Made by a program: the position numbers and the translations under genes
Source of the DNA: Takakia lepidozioides
Lineage: Eukaryota > Plantae > Bryophyta
Direction: 5' to 3'
Assembly: GCA_030704615.1 (NCBI GenBank)
Contig: CM060731.1
Location: 6,386,001 to 6,450,000 of the forward strand
Length of the DNA stretch: 64,000 bases
Part shown: piece after piece, positions 61,642 to 64,000 of the stretch
How the letters are laid out: each line of letters begins with the position of its first letter
Position numbering within the stretch: the stretch's first letter is position 1
The notes under the pieces: model-generated
Seen by the model: the letters and a program-made list of their open reading frames with translations, nothing else
Databases searched by the model: none
Told to the model about the DNA's origin: nothing

Positions 61642-62654
61642 CCACGAAATAAAGTCCTTTTGAATGGGGTGTGCAGTTTTCCATACCCTCTTCGGGCTAC
61701 ATATTAGCCTTAATAAAGGCTTTTCCTTGTTCCCTAGTTGATTCCTAGACCCTAGTTAATTCATGGACCACCCTCTAATGTTCATACCAACTTCAAACTT
61801 GGGGCGCTTATTCACTCATCCTAGCTACGTTGCATTAATTAATTTCTTGATGGTCAACATGGACACAAAAATCCACATAAAACGCATCATATATTAATTA
61901 CGAAATGTACACATCAGGGTTTACTGGATAACTATGTATTGGCAAATACTGGGCCTGCGATTGAACTGCATCTGCCCACTCACCTTTTTATGAAAGAATT
62001 GGAAATGAGGTTGTCCGTAATCTTTCATGCAGTATCTGTCAAGAACGAGGGTATGACTGAGCACAAACAAGAGATCAGACTAGAGGTATTCACTCCCGAG
62101 CCTTCAGCCGGCTATTTCTTTTCCTGTGCCCAATTACGGCGCCGTTATACCCAACCATCCTGCACTTCTGCAACAGTACTATCCATGGTTATAGGTCAGA
62201 TGCGGAATGAGGTATTTTGGCGCCGTTATTCCACGTCACGACTGTAAAACATTGTGCAGGACAGGAAAGAGACACAAACTTGTAGCCCTCACAAGAAATT
62301 GTGCTGACAGGGTAATATATTTAGGGTTAGACAACAATTCAACTTGCAAACCCCATTCAACAGAACATCAACACCACATTGACATGATAGAAAATTGCCA
62401 TACACGCTCGAAATACAAACATCAGGAAACTACAAGTTTTTATTTTGTACAACGACAACTCCGAGCTTCCATCATCAGAAATGGACCACTGCGGCATAAG
62501 AAACTTGTGGATCTACCATAACCCGGAGCTTGTGCCCTCCAATCACCCTCCACAATTCCTTAATGCTCTATGCTACTGCATTGACATCCACAACACGAAC
62601 CACCGAGTCGTCGAACCACAGGTCCAGAATTAGGAGTGGTGCGGTAGTCGTCCA

Positions 62655-63194
62655 CTACGCATTGCCGTTTTCTGGATTAAGATGGCGCACATAAAGATAC
62701 AAGATATCTATAGAGGTCACGTTCGTGAAAACATGCAGATATTGGAGGCCTCCTATTGGGACCCCCTCCACAGCGTCGTGAAATTCGCAAACATCCAGGA
62801 CAAACCTGTTTCGATTCTCCCTTAGTGTCAACAATATATTCCCTGGCCCAAAAGAGTGAGTGAGCAACTCAAGAGCCCTATCCGGGAGCAAATACTGTGG
62901 AGGTGCAGTATAGTTATGGTAGTAAGACCTCCAGAACTTGCCGCAGCAACATCTCATGATGAAGAGACGAACACTCCGTCTTCCAGGTCTATCTCGCACA
63001 ACAAGTATCCACTGTTGTCCACTGGCAGGCCTCACCCAAAGAGAATCCCACAGAAGTGATTGGAAACTCGTCACCCTGCGTGTACCTTCACTGAAGTCCA
63101 ACTCCACCATAATGTCTCCCATCACCGGCTCACGCAATCGCGAACCTCGAATCCCGCTCCGTCGAATGCAGAAGGCATTTACACAAGGCGGCAT
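62655..63194 (-). CDS. Hypothetical protein (179 aa), probably a TE-associated exon
   Basis: Open frame with protein-like composition; no family recognised. Confidence 0.3.
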   Translation of the reverse strand: MPPCVNAFCIRRSGIRGSRLREPVMGDIMVELDFSEGTRRVTSFQSLLWDSLWVRPASGQQWILVVRDRPGRRSVRLFIMRCCCGKFWRSYYHNYTAPPQYLLPDRALELLTHSFGPGNILLTLRENRNRFVLDVCEFHDAVEGVPIGGLQYLHVFTNVTSIDILYLYVRHLNPENGNA

Positions 63195-64000
63195 TGAGGA
63201 AGTGTGCGCCCACCGGGAATGGAGAGGGACAAGTAATCACTGTAGTGTTTCAACACGGAGATGCAAACATTGAAAACCCACTGCGGAACACCCTCTCGCG
63301 TGATTTTCTCTGGGGCAACGGCAATATATGCCCCCATTGGCCGGCAACGGCTATCCACACAGGCGATCGAAAATGACTGGTGCTTGAAGGGGCTAGACAG
63401 AGAAGGTGCCACGACATTACGGGAAGAAATTGTGCTAAAACCACCGGCGTCCTAAAACCACCGGCCTTGGTATTTCGGCGCCGAAATTCCCAAGAGCAGT
63501 GTGCTAAAGTGGTGTTTTGAAGACTTCCACCGGGGTATTTCAGCGCCGAAATACCCAAGTGGAATGTGTTGAAGTGCCTTGTGTTGAAGGCTTCCATCGT
63601 GCTATTTTGGTGCAGTAATTCCTACGTGGAATTTTATAAGGCCCATATTATGAAGGCAGACACTGGGCTATTTCGGCGCCGAAATTCCCAATATGAATGT
63701 TAGAAACGACAGTGTTTTCATGGCTTCTAGTTCGCGGTTCGCTGGTGTGTATAAATTACTTGTAGGGTTCTTTACTTTACTTTGCGTCTCTTCCGTTTTT
63801 ATTATTACATTGTGGTTTGCGGAAGAAATGTTGGGAATCGGACATGCACAGTATGCACACAATGATTTCAAAAATCGTCAATATTTTCATTAAGTGATTC
63901 AGAACTGTACAACAAAAGGATCCAAATGAGACTTTGCTATGGCGAGGATCCGCGATCACTGTCCAATGCATTCCCGGCCTCATGCAAGGATGGCTGCCTT

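Overview
Eukaryotic nuclear DNA from a land plant. It is probably a non-seed plant (inferred from Tcn1-like chromoviruses and a Replitron). There is one 500-N gap (6420-6919). Most of the window is nested, decayed transposable elements: an Athila/Tat-like Ty3/gypsy element with a long extra coiled-coil ORF 3' of pol; two chromovirus copies, one split by a DNA transposon carrying palindromic GGCGCC repeat arrays; LINE and SINE remnants; two gag remnants; a Copia-type LTR; a non-autonomous CACTA; a ~9.2 kb TIR-bounded MULE; a MITE; and a degenerate Replitron HUH transposase. A compact island of three intact spliced genes lies at 39.3-46.5 kb: a plastid-type J-domain gene with a GC-AG intron (not visible as one ORF in the track), PTPA, and PsbP. 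The best candidate for an undescribed system is the MULE. It pairs a SWIM-type transposase with a convergent ~950-aa zinc-finger/Q-rich gene and carries dozens of copies of one short motif, reminiscent of VANDAL/VANC anti-silencing. Family assignments come from motif recognition by eye; no searches were run.
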